From an uncultured Oscillospiraceae bacterium (lineage in GTDB: Bacteria; Bacillota; Clostridia; Oscillospirales; Acutalibacteraceae): DNA of 64,000 nt. The notes below the pieces were generated by a model. It was not told where the DNA came from. It searched no databases and saw only the letters and a program-made list of their open reading frames with translations. Positions 37,199 to 47,084 of this stretch are shown in pieces. The stretch spans positions 15,235 to 79,234 of the forward strand of contig USGT01000007.1 in the NCBI GenBank assembly GCA_900554335.1, read 5' to 3'. The position numbers and the translations under genes were made by a program. Numbering within the stretch: the stretch's first letter is position 1; the number at the start of each line of letters is the position of its first letter.

Positions 37199-38416
37199 AT
37201 GATTAAAATCAAAGCATCTCATAAATATTTATTATCCGTTTTCTTAGTTTCACTGATTATTTTCGTTCCGGCTTTATTCGCAGTTTTTAAAAATAATCAA
37301 AAAAGCAAAAGCGTTTTTAGCCCGCCGGCTCAAGAAATAACAAAAGAGCTTCCCCCTGCTCCTGCAGAAAAAAGCACCGCCAGCGAGCGGCATATTGGGG
37401 CTTGGGTGACTTACATGGACCTTAACATTTCAGATAGCGAAAACACCGAAAGCTCATTTAAAAGCCGTTTTGAAAATGTTATTGAAAAGTCAAAAAAGTT
37501 CCATGTTAATAATCTTTACGTTCATGTCAGGCCGTTTTGCGATTCGCTTTACCCTTCGAAAATTTTTCCGTGGTCGCATCTTTTAACGGGCACTCAGGGC
37601 AAAGATCCGGCCTTTGACCCGCTTAAATACATGATTGAAATTTCTCATAAAAACGGCATAAAATTTCACGCTTGGGTGAACCCGCTTCGTGTTAAGCTCA
37701 AAAACATGCCCGAGAAACTTTCAAGTGAAAACCCTTATTATAAATTGGGCTCGTTTAAATATTTCTTGGAATCAGAAGGCACGATTTGCCTCAATCCGGG
37801 CTATGAAGAAACGCAGAATTTGGTTTTGGAAGGAATAAAAGAAATCATTTCGAATTACGACGTTGACGGCATTCATTTTGACGATTATTTTTACCCTGAA
37901 TCAACCGAAATTAAAGATTGCGCCGCAGAAGAAAATCAAGTTTCAGATATAATTGCCTGGCGGAAAAAATGCATAACAAAGCTTATTGAAAGCACTCATA
38001 GCGCGGTTAAATCCGCAAACAAAAATATTGCATTCGGCATTTCGCCCCTCGGAAACAACGAAAAATGCCACACCATGGGAATAGACGCTCAGGAGCTGTG
38101 CAAAACGAAAGCGATTGATTACATTTGCCCGCAGCTTTACTGGAGCCTTAAATATAAAGTTATGCCTTTTGAAAAGGCCGCAAAGATCTGGCAAGAAATG
38201 ACCAGAAACACCGGAGTTAAGCTTTTTGGCGGGCTTGCACTTTATAAAATAGGCACTGAACTTGACGACAAAACTTGGCAAGATGACAAAAATATTTTGC
38301 CAAAAGAGATTGAAATTTTAGAAAATCTTGGCTACGATGGCGCGATTTTATATTCATTTGGCCAGCTTGATGAATCGAAAGAGGAAATCTCAAATTTGCT
38401 AAAAAAGCTTAGTTAA
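37199..38416 (+). CDS. GHL10 (YngK-like) glycoside-hydrolase-like family protein, membrane-anchored
   Basis: N-terminal anchor. GHL10-type motifs (…GAWV…HAWVNP…DGIHFDDYFYP…). Confidence 0.65.
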   Translation: MIKIKASHKYLLSVFLVSLIIFVPALFAVFKNNQKSKSVFSPPAQEITKELPPAPAEKSTASERHIGAWVTYMDLNISDSENTESSFKSRFENVIEKSKKFHVNNLYVHVRPFCDSLYPSKIFPWSHLLTGTQGKDPAFDPLKYMIEISHKNGIKFHAWVNPLRVKLKNMPEKLSSENPYYKLGSFKYFLESEGTICLNPGYEETQNLVLEGIKEIISNYDVDGIHFDDYFYPESTEIKDCAAEENQVSDIIAWRKKCITKLIESTHSAVKSANKNIAFGISPLGNNEKCHTMGIDAQELCKTKAIDYICPQLYWSLKYKVMPFEKAAKIWQEMTRNTGVKLFGGLALYKIGTELDDKTWQDDKNILPKEIEILENLGYDGAILYSFGQLDESKEEISNLLKKLS

Positions 38417-38450
38417 AGCAAAAACCATGTGCATTTCGCACATGGCAATT

Positions 38451-38885
38451 TTATTTTTTCAGGCAGTAAAGAGCTATAATAAGCCCGCCCAAACATATGA
38501 AATAATCAGAAAGATTGCACACCGGCGGGAAAAACGAAAGTTTTAAATAATCGATAACATAGCCAAAAAATATCCTGTCGATCAAATTCCCAATTCCGCC
38601 ACCAATTACAAACGAAGTAGCAAGCAAAAGCTGCCTGCTTTTAATTTTTTTGCTAAAAATCAGGTATAAAAGAGCAATCAATATAGCCGAAATAAGCAAA
38701 ATTAAAAGCCCTGTTTGACCTTTGAAAATCCCGAATGCAATGCCGAAATTTTTAACTTTCACGATGCTTAAAAACGGAATAAACGTTCTAATTTCATCGC
38801 TGGAACTCAAATTATTAAGAACAAAAAACTTTGCAGCAAAGTCCAAAACCGGGATTAAAACAGAAATTAAAATAAAAATAATCAT
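38451..38885 (-). CDS. lspA: lipoprotein signal peptidase II
   Basis: Motifs NFGIAFG and GNLIDR with 4 TM helices. Confidence 0.9.
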   Translation of the reverse strand: MIIFILISVLIPVLDFAAKFFVLNNLSSSDEIRTFIPFLSIVKVKNFGIAFGIFKGQTGLLILLISAILIALLYLIFSKKIKSRQLLLATSFVIGGGIGNLIDRIFFGYVIDYLKLSFFPPVCNLSDYFICLGGLIIALYCLKK

Positions 38886-39391
38886 TAATTCGAGCTGCTC
38901 AATTTAAATTCGCTGAGGATATCCGAGAATTTATTTTCAGTTTCAGATTCAGGAATTTTTTTAATTATTTCCATATGTTTTTTATAAATATCCTCTAAAT
39001 CAGACTTGAGTTTTCCTGATTCTTTTTTCAGTCTGCTTAAAATTTCTTTTTCCGTAGCAACTTCTTTTTTTGCTTCGATTATCATTTTTTCAGAAGCTTT
39101 TGAAGCATCAGAAATGACTTCTTTAGCCCGGGTTTCGGCGTCGTAGATTGATTTTTCGGTGATGGATTTTAAATTCACTATAACTTCTTTAATAGAAGAT
39201 TCTTCATCACGAAATTTTTTCAGCTCTCTTTCAAGTTTTTGAACCGTCAAAGCAAGGTTGCGGTTTTCGCGCATCATTTCTTCATAAGAAGTTTGAATGT
39301 CATCCAAAAATGAGTCAACATCCTGGGCTTTGTAACCTCCAAATCGGGCTTTTTTAAAACTTGCATTTTTAATTTCTTCGATGCTTAACAA
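38885..39391 (-). CDS. divIVA: DivIVA domain cell-division protein
   Basis: N-terminus LSIEEIKNASFKKARFGGYKAQDVDSFLD followed by coiled coil. Confidence 0.9.
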   Translation of the reverse strand: MLSIEEIKNASFKKARFGGYKAQDVDSFLDDIQTSYEEMMRENRNLALTVQKLERELKKFRDEESSIKEVIVNLKSITEKSIYDAETRAKEVISDASKASEKMIIEAKKEVATEKEILSRLKKESGKLKSDLEDIYKKHMEIIKKIPESETENKFSDILSEFKLSSSN

Positions 39392-39481
39392 AAGATCAGC
39401 TCCTAAATTTTAATTTACAAAATTTTCCATATTATATCATAAACCATGCCTCTTGCCAAGAAGCAAGAGGATAATTTTCGG

Positions 39482-39913
39482 TTAAAAATACACGCCTTTG
39501 TTTTCAAATTCGCTAAGAAGATCTTCGCCTTCAATGTCAACATTGCACGGAGTTACAACGAAAGTGTCAGTCGAAACTTTTTTGATTTTTCCGCCAATAG
39601 CATAAGCAATTCCGCTGAGGAAGTCAACGAGGCGCCTGGATTCAGACTTCGGAGTTACTTCCAAATTAAGCACAACAGTGTGCATTTTCAAAAGTTCATC
39701 AGCTATATTTTTGATTTCTTCGCCAAAATGTTCAGGCCTTGAAAGAACAACCTTAACTTTTGCGCCAGAATTTATGCTAACAATTTTGCCATTGTTAACG
39801 CTTCTGAACTTCGGTTCTTCCTTATTCACGCTTTCTTGAACTTCTTCGTTTTCTTCATAATATTCGTCAGATGGATTCCACATCTCTTTAAGTTTTTCTA
39901 CTATTCCGGACAT
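39482..39913 (-). CDS. sepF: cell division protein SepF
   Basis: SepF C-terminal domain (…VVLNLEVTPKSESRRLVDFLSGIAYAIGGKIKKVSTDTFVVTP…). Confidence 0.85.
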   Translation of the reverse strand: MSGIVEKLKEMWNPSDEYYEENEEVQESVNKEEPKFRSVNNGKIVSINSGAKVKVVLSRPEHFGEEIKNIADELLKMHTVVLNLEVTPKSESRRLVDFLSGIAYAIGGKIKKVSTDTFVVTPCNVDIEGEDLLSEFENKGVYF

Positions 39914-40076
39914 TTCATTATTCCTCCTATTTTTAATACTAGCATATTGACTAATAATAAGCCAAATAATTATTTTTAAAATATGTACTATGTTAGTTTT
40001 ATTATCTTAACAATGCAAATGAAAGTCAATAAAATATTGTTTATTTAATAAAAAAATCATGATATTTAAATAAATT

Positions 40077-41285
40077 TTACTTCACTTTTTTACCATTATA
40101 TAATTTTTTACCTTTAATAACAATTTTATCGCCCGGCTGGATGTAATTTTCATTGTCGTAATAATCTGGTCCATATTTTGCAATTAAAAAGTCCGGCCCT
40201 GAAAAATCAATATCTATTCTTTTGAATTTCAAATACCCTGCACGCTTAACAAAAACACCAAAATCGGAATTTTCTTTGTGAAGCGCTTCGCTCGGGATTT
40301 TAATTCCATAGTAATTCCCGGTTGAAACCCTGAAATTTTCTTTTCTAATCGCCGCGAGATCTTCATTCATATAGTTGCAAGAAAGCATCAGCGTGCAATT
40401 TTCGTCATTATTGCTGCAATTTAAAGATTTAACCTCGCAAGGAATATTCTTAGCGCTATCTTTGCCCTCGACAGTAAGATTAAATTCAAGGCCTTTTTTA
40501 ATTTTTTCTGCGTCATCTTTTGAAATTCTCAAAAGAACATACCAGGTGTCATTTTTAATGATCTTGCCCAAAACTTTTCTTTCACTGCCTTGAGCAATTA
40601 TGTTTTCTAGATTAAAATTCTCAGGAATTTCGCCATAAGGAACCGAAGCCTCAAAACCGTCAATGCTGTTTATAAAAAGCCCGCACTCAGGCGAAATAAC
40701 CGACCTCAAAGCCGCGGGAACGCTCAAACTGCTTTGCGCAGCCTTAAGATTTTTTATTATGCTTTCGGTGCTGTCCTTCCTGCCAAGGCCAATCTCTTTT
40801 TTGTTAAGGCTGTCCCAAAGTTCAAGGCTTGCTTTTTGCTTTTCTTTGAAAGTTCTAGCGGAGGAAAGCTTCATTATTGCCAAACTGACTTTTTGGTTCA
40901 AAAATTTTGCGCCTGTTCCGGCGTAAGAAAACGGCTTGCTTTCAATTTCTTCTATAGCTTTTTTCAAATTTTCAAATTCATAGGCGGTTTTTGCTTCGCT
41001 TTCAGAACCATAAACATTAGCAATAATCGAGCCTTTCGGCGCTTTTTCGCCGCTTGAAAAGTTAAACACCATGTTTTTTTCATTTTCGCCTTCAGAAAAA
41101 TCTATGATTTCTTCATCGCGCACGGCAAAACCTTTGGAGCAAACATCATTGCTGAAGTTCACAATTTTAGCATCTTGCGTTGTGATTTTGCTCTGCATAG
41201 CCGAAACCGAAACATAAAAAACCATCGCCGCAGCGGCAGACGTGAGGAATATTATTCTATTTCTTTTTGATTTTTTTATTTTCAT
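40077..41285 (-). CDS. membrane-anchored HlyD/membrane-fusion-like protein
   Basis: N-terminal TM helix. The C-terminus …IQPGDKIVIKGKKLYNGKKV resembles the MFP beta-barrel terminus. Weak overall. Confidence 0.4.
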   Translation of the reverse strand: MKIKKSKRNRIIFLTSAAAAMVFYVSVSAMQSKITTQDAKIVNFSNDVCSKGFAVRDEEIIDFSEGENEKNMVFNFSSGEKAPKGSIIANVYGSESEAKTAYEFENLKKAIEEIESKPFSYAGTGAKFLNQKVSLAIMKLSSARTFKEKQKASLELWDSLNKKEIGLGRKDSTESIIKNLKAAQSSLSVPAALRSVISPECGLFINSIDGFEASVPYGEIPENFNLENIIAQGSERKVLGKIIKNDTWYVLLRISKDDAEKIKKGLEFNLTVEGKDSAKNIPCEVKSLNCSNNDENCTLMLSCNYMNEDLAAIRKENFRVSTGNYYGIKIPSEALHKENSDFGVFVKRAGYLKFKRIDIDFSGPDFLIAKYGPDYYDNENYIQPGDKIVIKGKKLYNGKKVK

Positions 41286-41295
41286 TTTTAATCAC

Positions 41296-42237
41296 TCACT
41301 GAATAAATTTTTCGGTAATTTCTTTCGCTTTTTTTATAACTTGGGAAAAATCTTGGTAATCATCAATATAAATCCAGTTAATATTTTCGTCTCTTTTAAA
41401 CCATGTGATCTGGCGTTTGGCATACCTTCTCGAAAATTTTTTCACATTTTCATAGGCGTTTTCAAGCGTTTCTCTTCCCTCGAGGTAATCCACCATTTCT
41501 TTGTAGCCTATGGCTGCCTGAGCGGTTTTGCTCACTGCTTTTTGAGCGTAAACTTTTTTGGCTTCTTCCAAAAGGCCGCTTTTCGCCATTTCATCCACTC
41601 TTTTGTTTATTTCGGAATACAAAATCTCTCGGTTTCTGAAATTAAGCCCAATTTTGCAGGCTTCATAAGGCGACTCAATTTTCTTTGAATCCGCAACTTG
41701 TTTTGAAATCGGGTAACCAACTGTGTAATAAAATTCCAAAGCTCTTTTTAAACGTTTTATGTTATTAACGTGAATATTTTTCGCACTTTCGGGGTCAACT
41801 TTTCTCAGCATTTTCATGAGCTCGGCACCGGAATCCGGAAGAGAAATGTTTTTTGCCTCGACGGAAGAAGGAGAATTAAAATCAATATTTTTAATGAGAG
41901 AATCAATATAAAGGCCTGTCCCACCGACTAAAATCGGCAATTTATTCCTGCTTTTAATGTCTATAATGCAAGCAGAAGCCATTTCTTTGAACTTAGCAAC
42001 GCTGTAAGTTTCTTTGACTGAAAGGAAATCAACAAGATGATGTTTAACTTCCGAGAGCTCTTTTTTAGTTGGTTTTGCACTTAAAATGTCAAATTCTTTA
42101 TAAATTTGCATCGAATCGCCCGAAATTATTTCGCCGCCAAATCGCTTGGCTAAATTTATAGCTAAATTTGTTTTCCCGGTTGCAGTGGGGCCTATTATGC
42201 TCAAAATTTTTATTTTTTCCACTTTAAATTCTCCCAA
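41296..42237 (-). CDS. miaA: tRNA dimethylallyltransferase
   Basis: P-loop GPTATGKT and the motif GDSMQIYK. Confidence 0.95.
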   Translation of the reverse strand: MGEFKVEKIKILSIIGPTATGKTNLAINLAKRFGGEIISGDSMQIYKEFDILSAKPTKKELSEVKHHLVDFLSVKETYSVAKFKEMASACIIDIKSRNKLPILVGGTGLYIDSLIKNIDFNSPSSVEAKNISLPDSGAELMKMLRKVDPESAKNIHVNNIKRLKRALEFYYTVGYPISKQVADSKKIESPYEACKIGLNFRNREILYSEINKRVDEMAKSGLLEEAKKVYAQKAVSKTAQAAIGYKEMVDYLEGRETLENAYENVKKFSRRYAKRQITWFKRDENINWIYIDDYQDFSQVIKKAKEITEKFIQ

Positions 42238-43990
42238 AACGTTTTTCGATAAAGCTCTTATCGAATTTTATGTAAATTGGCCTGCCGTGCGGGCAATGCC
42301 TAAGCTGAGGGTTTTCAGATATATCATTAACCAGCTTCACGAGCTCTTCAACCGAGGTTTTGCTTTTGGCTTTGATTGCGCTTCTGCACGCAATATTTTG
42401 ATATATCCACTCCAACTTTTTGGTTTCGCTGCTTTTTTTATTGTCAAGAATGCAGTTAGCAATTTCGATCACCGAATTTGCAAGGTCGTCAATGTCTTCA
42501 TACATTGGTGCGCTACGAACGACAACAGTCCCCGGGCCGAAATCCTCGATTTCATAACCCGACTTCGAAAAAAGGCTTAAATTTTCAATAACTGCGCAGT
42601 ATTCCTGCTTTTCAAGCATTACAGTAACAGGATTAAGAAGCATCTGAGAACTATATTCATTCGAGCTTTTTTTCATTTTTTCGAAAATTATTCTTTCGTG
42701 AGCTGCATGTTTATCGACGAAAATGAGCTCATTTTTGCATTCTAAAATAAGATAACACCCAAAAACTTCGCCCACAACTTTAAAATTTTCGCGAAGAGAT
42801 TTATTCATGAAAAGGCTGGTTTTGCCCGTGAGCGAAATTTTCTCGCTTTTATTACTTGAATTTTTAAAAAGACTTTGCAACCCAAAAAGATTAATAACGC
42901 CGGGGTTTTCGAAGCTTTGAACAGCAGCCGAACTATCTTTAAAAGAAAAGTCGCTTTCAGCTTTTTTCGAAGAAGGGATATACTTTTCGAAATCTTTTTT
43001 GTTTTTATTTATAATGCAGTTTTTAACCGCGCTGAAAACGAGCTCCGAAACGGCTTTTTCATCCGCAAAACGAACTTCAGTTTTGGCAGGGTGAACATTA
43101 ACATCAACCAAATTCGCCGGAATACTAAAGTAAATAACGCAGTAAGGGCTTTTGCCAACCATCACGGAATTTTTAAAAGCTTCCTCAAGAGCAGTTGAAA
43201 TAAGCTTGCTTTTAATAAACCTGCCATTAACGAAAAAAATCTGCAAACTTTTGCTCGGGCGGCAATTTTCAGGCTTGCTCACAAGTCCGGTAATTTTCAT
43301 TTTGCCGAGGCTGCCTTTTAAAGGAATAGTGCCTTCTAAAAATTCTTTGCCGTAAACCGAATAAACCGCCGAAGAAATTTTGCCATCGCCGGGGCTAAAA
43401 AGGCAGGGTTTGCCATCCCTTATGAACTTAAAAGAAACCTCAGGGTGCGAGAGCGCGAGCTTGTCTATAACCGAAGCGACTTTGTTGCCTTCAGCGGTTT
43501 CTTTTTTCAAAAATTTCATTCTAGCAGGGGTGTTAAAAAACAAATTTTTGACGCAAACGTCAGTTCCAATGAATCTTCCGGCGTCTGCAATCTCGCCAAA
43601 TTCTCCGCCAGTTACCGTGATTTTTGTTCCCATCATTTCGCCGTCGGATTTCGTTACGATTTCAGTTTTTGAAACCGCAGCTATCGACGCAAGGGCTTCG
43701 CCTCTAAAACCCAATGAATTTATATTTTCAATTTCTTTTTTGCTTTTAATTTTGCTGGTAGCATGGCGGGAAAAAGCGTCTTTAACGTCATCGCGGTAAA
43801 TTCCGTGGCCGTTATCCGAAACCCTTATCATTTTAATTCCGCCATTTTTTATTTCGGCTGTAATCCTCGTTGCGCCGGCATCAAGCGAATTTTCGAGCAA
43901 TTCTTTAACCACGCACGCCGGGTTTTCCGTTACTTCGCCCGCAGCAATAAGCTGAACCGTTTCGGGGTCTAAAATATTAATCCTTTTCAT
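42224..43990 (-). CDS. mutL: DNA mismatch repair protein MutL
   Basis: GHKL ATPase motifs (ELLENSLDAG, DNGHGI). Confidence 0.95.
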   Translation of the reverse strand: MKRINILDPETVQLIAAGEVTENPACVVKELLENSLDAGATRITAEIKNGGIKMIRVSDNGHGIYRDDVKDAFSRHATSKIKSKKEIENINSLGFRGEALASIAAVSKTEIVTKSDGEMMGTKITVTGGEFGEIADAGRFIGTDVCVKNLFFNTPARMKFLKKETAEGNKVASVIDKLALSHPEVSFKFIRDGKPCLFSPGDGKISSAVYSVYGKEFLEGTIPLKGSLGKMKITGLVSKPENCRPSKSLQIFFVNGRFIKSKLISTALEEAFKNSVMVGKSPYCVIYFSIPANLVDVNVHPAKTEVRFADEKAVSELVFSAVKNCIINKNKKDFEKYIPSSKKAESDFSFKDSSAAVQSFENPGVINLFGLQSLFKNSSNKSEKISLTGKTSLFMNKSLRENFKVVGEVFGCYLILECKNELIFVDKHAAHERIIFEKMKKSSNEYSSQMLLNPVTVMLEKQEYCAVIENLSLFSKSGYEIEDFGPGTVVVRSAPMYEDIDDLANSVIEIANCILDNKKSSETKKLEWIYQNIACRSAIKAKSKTSVEELVKLVNDISENPQLRHCPHGRPIYIKFDKSFIEKRFGRI

Positions 43991-44009
43991 ATTTTACTCC
44001 ACTTTGCTG

Positions 44010-46643
44010 TTAATTCCTTATATTTTGAGCCAAACCCACCAATTTATAAAGTATGTTCATAGATTCTATAGGATTTAAATTATTAATATTTATGTCGCCA
44101 AGCTGCATTAAAATCTCTGAAATATTCGGGTCTGTGGGCTCTTTGCTTTCATTTTCCGAGGAATAAGTAATAGACTGTGCCACAGAGCTTTCGGAATCTT
44201 CAATTTGCCTTAAAACTTCCCTAGCTCTGGAAATAACCGAAGCCGGCAAACCCGCCAATTTAGCGACTTCAATGCCGTAGCTATCGTCCACAGCGCCTGG
44301 AACAATAGTGTGCAAAAAGGTTATTCCTTCGCCTTGATTTTCAACCGCAACGCTGTAATTTTTCACGTTATGAAACTCTTTTGAAATTTCAGTTAGTTCA
44401 TGATAGTGCGTTGCAAAAAGGGTTTTAGCTCCGAGCTTTCTTTTGTCGGCCACATATTCAAGAACAGCCCTGGCAATGCTCATTCCATCGAAAGTTGAAG
44501 TTCCTCTGCCGATTTCATCGAGTATTAAAAGGCTTTTCGAAGTTGAATTTTTAAGTATTTCAGCAACTTCGCTCATTTCAACCATGAATGTCGATTGCCC
44601 TGCGGCCAAGTCATCCGAAGCGCCTATCCTCGTGAAAATGTTGTCAACTATGCCAATTCTAGCTGAAGAAGCTGGCACAAAAGCACCGATTTGAGCAAGC
44701 AAAACAATGAGTGCAGCCTGGCGCATGTAGGTTGATTTTCCTGCCATGTTCGGCCCAGTTATTATTGCAACATTGTTTTCGCCTGAATCAAGAATAAGGT
44801 CATTCGGCACGAAAGTATCGCCAGTTACTAAAGATTCAACCACGGGGTGGCGGCCTTCTTTGATGTTTATGGTGTCAAGGGTGTTTATTTCGGGCTTGAC
44901 ATAGTTGTTGTAAACCGCAACTTCCGCCAAAGAACGCACTGCATCAAGCGCAGCTATTATGTTTGCAACTGCAATTATTTTCGAAAAGCTTTCAGCAACT
45001 TTATTCCTAACTTCTTCGAAAATCTTGTATTCCGTTTCGTTTATGCTTTCTTTCGCATACATGACTCTCGATTCCAAATTTTTAAGCTCTTCGGTAACAT
45101 ATCTTTCGCAGCCCGTTAGAGTCTGCCTGCGGATGTAATCGCTCGGGACTTTATCTTTAAACGAATTAGTAACTTCAATAAAATATCCAAAAACTTTATT
45201 ATATGTAATTTTAAGCTTAGGAATTCCGAGCCTTTTTCTTTCTTTTTCTTCCATGTCGCGAATCATGGCTTTGCCGCCTTTTATGTCGCTTCTTAATCTA
45301 TCAACTTCAGGGCTATAGCCATCTTTTATGATTCCGCCGTCTTTAAGAGTAATAGGAGGTTTTTCATGAATTGAAGCCTCGATTAAATTGTGAACTTCGC
45401 TTAAAGTGTCGAATTTAAAATACATTTTCTTGAGCATTTTCGATTTTGAATTTTCAAGAAGCGCCTTAACGCCCGGCAGTTTGGCAATAGCCTCCGAAAG
45501 CGAGCGCAAATCTTTCGCATTGGCTGAAGCATACGCAATTTTAGTCGTAAGCCTTTGAATGTCGGTTATTTCGCCGAGTTTTTTCTTTAGATTTTCCCTG
45601 AAAATAGTGTCTTCAAAAAGCTCTTCAACCGCGCCTTGGCGAGTGAGAATCTTTTCAGTGTCAAGAAGAGGCCTTTCAATCCACGAACGAAGCATCCTCT
45701 TGCCCATTGAAGTTCTGGTTTTGTCGATAACCCAAAGCAACGAGCCCTTTTTAGATTTAGTTCTAATTGTTTCAAGGAGTTCAAGATTTCTTATAGTGTT
45801 AAGGTCAAGGCCCATATATTGCGATTTATCGTAAAAAACCGGGAAGTTAATATGGTGCAAATCGCCTTTTTGAGTTTCCTTTAAATAAGAAAGCAAATTC
45901 GCAATGCTTTTAACTGCGCAAACCCTGTTGGCAAGGCTCAGGTTTTTAAGGTCATCGCACTGGAAATGGCTTCTAACCGAATTTTGAGCGTCTTGATCGG
46001 TTATGTCTTCTTTTAAAATCTCGACATTGCACTGGAGCTTTTCATTCACGAATTTTCTAACTTCGCTGTAAATATCTTGCTTCAAAAAGCATATTATTTC
46101 GCTAGGGCAAAATTTGCCGATTTCAATTTTAAGTTGGTTGGCAAGCTCTTTGTCGTTTCCGAAAATTTCAGTCACTTTAAGCTCGCCAGTTGAAGTGTCG
46201 CAAAAAGCAATCCCAGCAATCGGAAGCGCCCCTGAGCAATAAACCGAGCAAATAAAGTTGTTTTTCGATTCATCAAGCATGCTTTCTTCCATAACCGTGC
46301 CGGGAGTTATAACCCTTACGACTTTTCTCTCAACGAGGCCCTTGGCTTTTGCAGGGTCGCCTATTTGGTCGCACATTGCAATTTTATAGCCTTTAGCAAC
46401 GAGCCTTGCAATGTAAGATTCGCAGCTGTGGTAAGGCACTCCGCACATTGGGGCTCTTTCCTTTTGGCCGTAATCTTTGCCGGTTAAAGTTAAACCAAGC
46501 TCCTCAGAAACCAAGTTAGCATCTTCAAAAAACATTTCATAAAAATCGCCCAGCCTGAAAAACACGATGCTGTCTTTGTGCTCTTTTTTTATGTCTAAAT
46601 ATTGCCGCATCATTGGCGAAACGTCTTTGCTCACTTCAATCAT
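44010..46643 (-). CDS. mutS: DNA mismatch repair protein MutS
   Basis: Walker A GPNMAGKST and FATHYHELT, 877 aa. Confidence 0.95.
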   Translation of the reverse strand: MIEVSKDVSPMMRQYLDIKKEHKDSIVFFRLGDFYEMFFEDANLVSEELGLTLTGKDYGQKERAPMCGVPYHSCESYIARLVAKGYKIAMCDQIGDPAKAKGLVERKVVRVITPGTVMEESMLDESKNNFICSVYCSGALPIAGIAFCDTSTGELKVTEIFGNDKELANQLKIEIGKFCPSEIICFLKQDIYSEVRKFVNEKLQCNVEILKEDITDQDAQNSVRSHFQCDDLKNLSLANRVCAVKSIANLLSYLKETQKGDLHHINFPVFYDKSQYMGLDLNTIRNLELLETIRTKSKKGSLLWVIDKTRTSMGKRMLRSWIERPLLDTEKILTRQGAVEELFEDTIFRENLKKKLGEITDIQRLTTKIAYASANAKDLRSLSEAIAKLPGVKALLENSKSKMLKKMYFKFDTLSEVHNLIEASIHEKPPITLKDGGIIKDGYSPEVDRLRSDIKGGKAMIRDMEEKERKRLGIPKLKITYNKVFGYFIEVTNSFKDKVPSDYIRRQTLTGCERYVTEELKNLESRVMYAKESINETEYKIFEEVRNKVAESFSKIIAVANIIAALDAVRSLAEVAVYNNYVKPEINTLDTINIKEGRHPVVESLVTGDTFVPNDLILDSGENNVAIITGPNMAGKSTYMRQAALIVLLAQIGAFVPASSARIGIVDNIFTRIGASDDLAAGQSTFMVEMSEVAEILKNSTSKSLLILDEIGRGTSTFDGMSIARAVLEYVADKRKLGAKTLFATHYHELTEISKEFHNVKNYSVAVENQGEGITFLHTIVPGAVDDSYGIEVAKLAGLPASVISRAREVLRQIEDSESSVAQSITYSSENESKEPTDPNISEILMQLGDININNLNPIESMNILYKLVGLAQNIRN

Positions 46644-46657
46644 TCACATCCTTAAAA

Positions 46658-47065
46658 TTAGTTGCATCCGCCGCAAGTTGCGCAGCTTCCCGTGCAGTTG
46701 TCTTCTTCGATTTCAATGTTGTATGGGTCTTGCCCTTCTGCTGATTTGTTTATAATGAAGCTAACGGCTTGAAGTTTTTTTGCGAATTTTTCTTTGCTTT
46801 CGTTGTAGGCTTTCATTGTTTCGTTTGAAACCATTTGCCTGTAAAGAAAGCCGATTTCTTCGTTTAGCTTGTCAATTTTTTCAGTGTCGGGGTTTTCTTT
46901 CGAGATTTCGTGGTTAATCTCGACTTTTTTAAGATTAAATTTTTCAATTGTTTCTTGGAGCTCATGGTCGCACTCAACGTTTTGCTCCGTTACTTTATAA
47001 TCAATGTAATCATCATCGTTTTGAATTGCAAATCCAATTTCTCTTGCTAAAGATATTAAGTCCAT
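46658..47065 (-). CDS. YlbF/YmcA-family regulatory protein (RicA-like) with C-terminal Cys cluster
   Basis: Helical YlbF/YmcA-like protein between miaB and mutS, as ymcA is in Bacillus. C-terminus is CTGSCATCGGCN. Confidence 0.6.
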   Translation of the reverse strand: MDLISLAREIGFAIQNDDDYIDYKVTEQNVECDHELQETIEKFNLKKVEINHEISKENPDTEKIDKLNEEIGFLYRQMVSNETMKAYNESKEKFAKKLQAVSFIINKSAEGQDPYNIEIEEDNCTGSCATCGGCN

Positions 47066-47084
47066 TTTTATTTCTCCTTTATTT

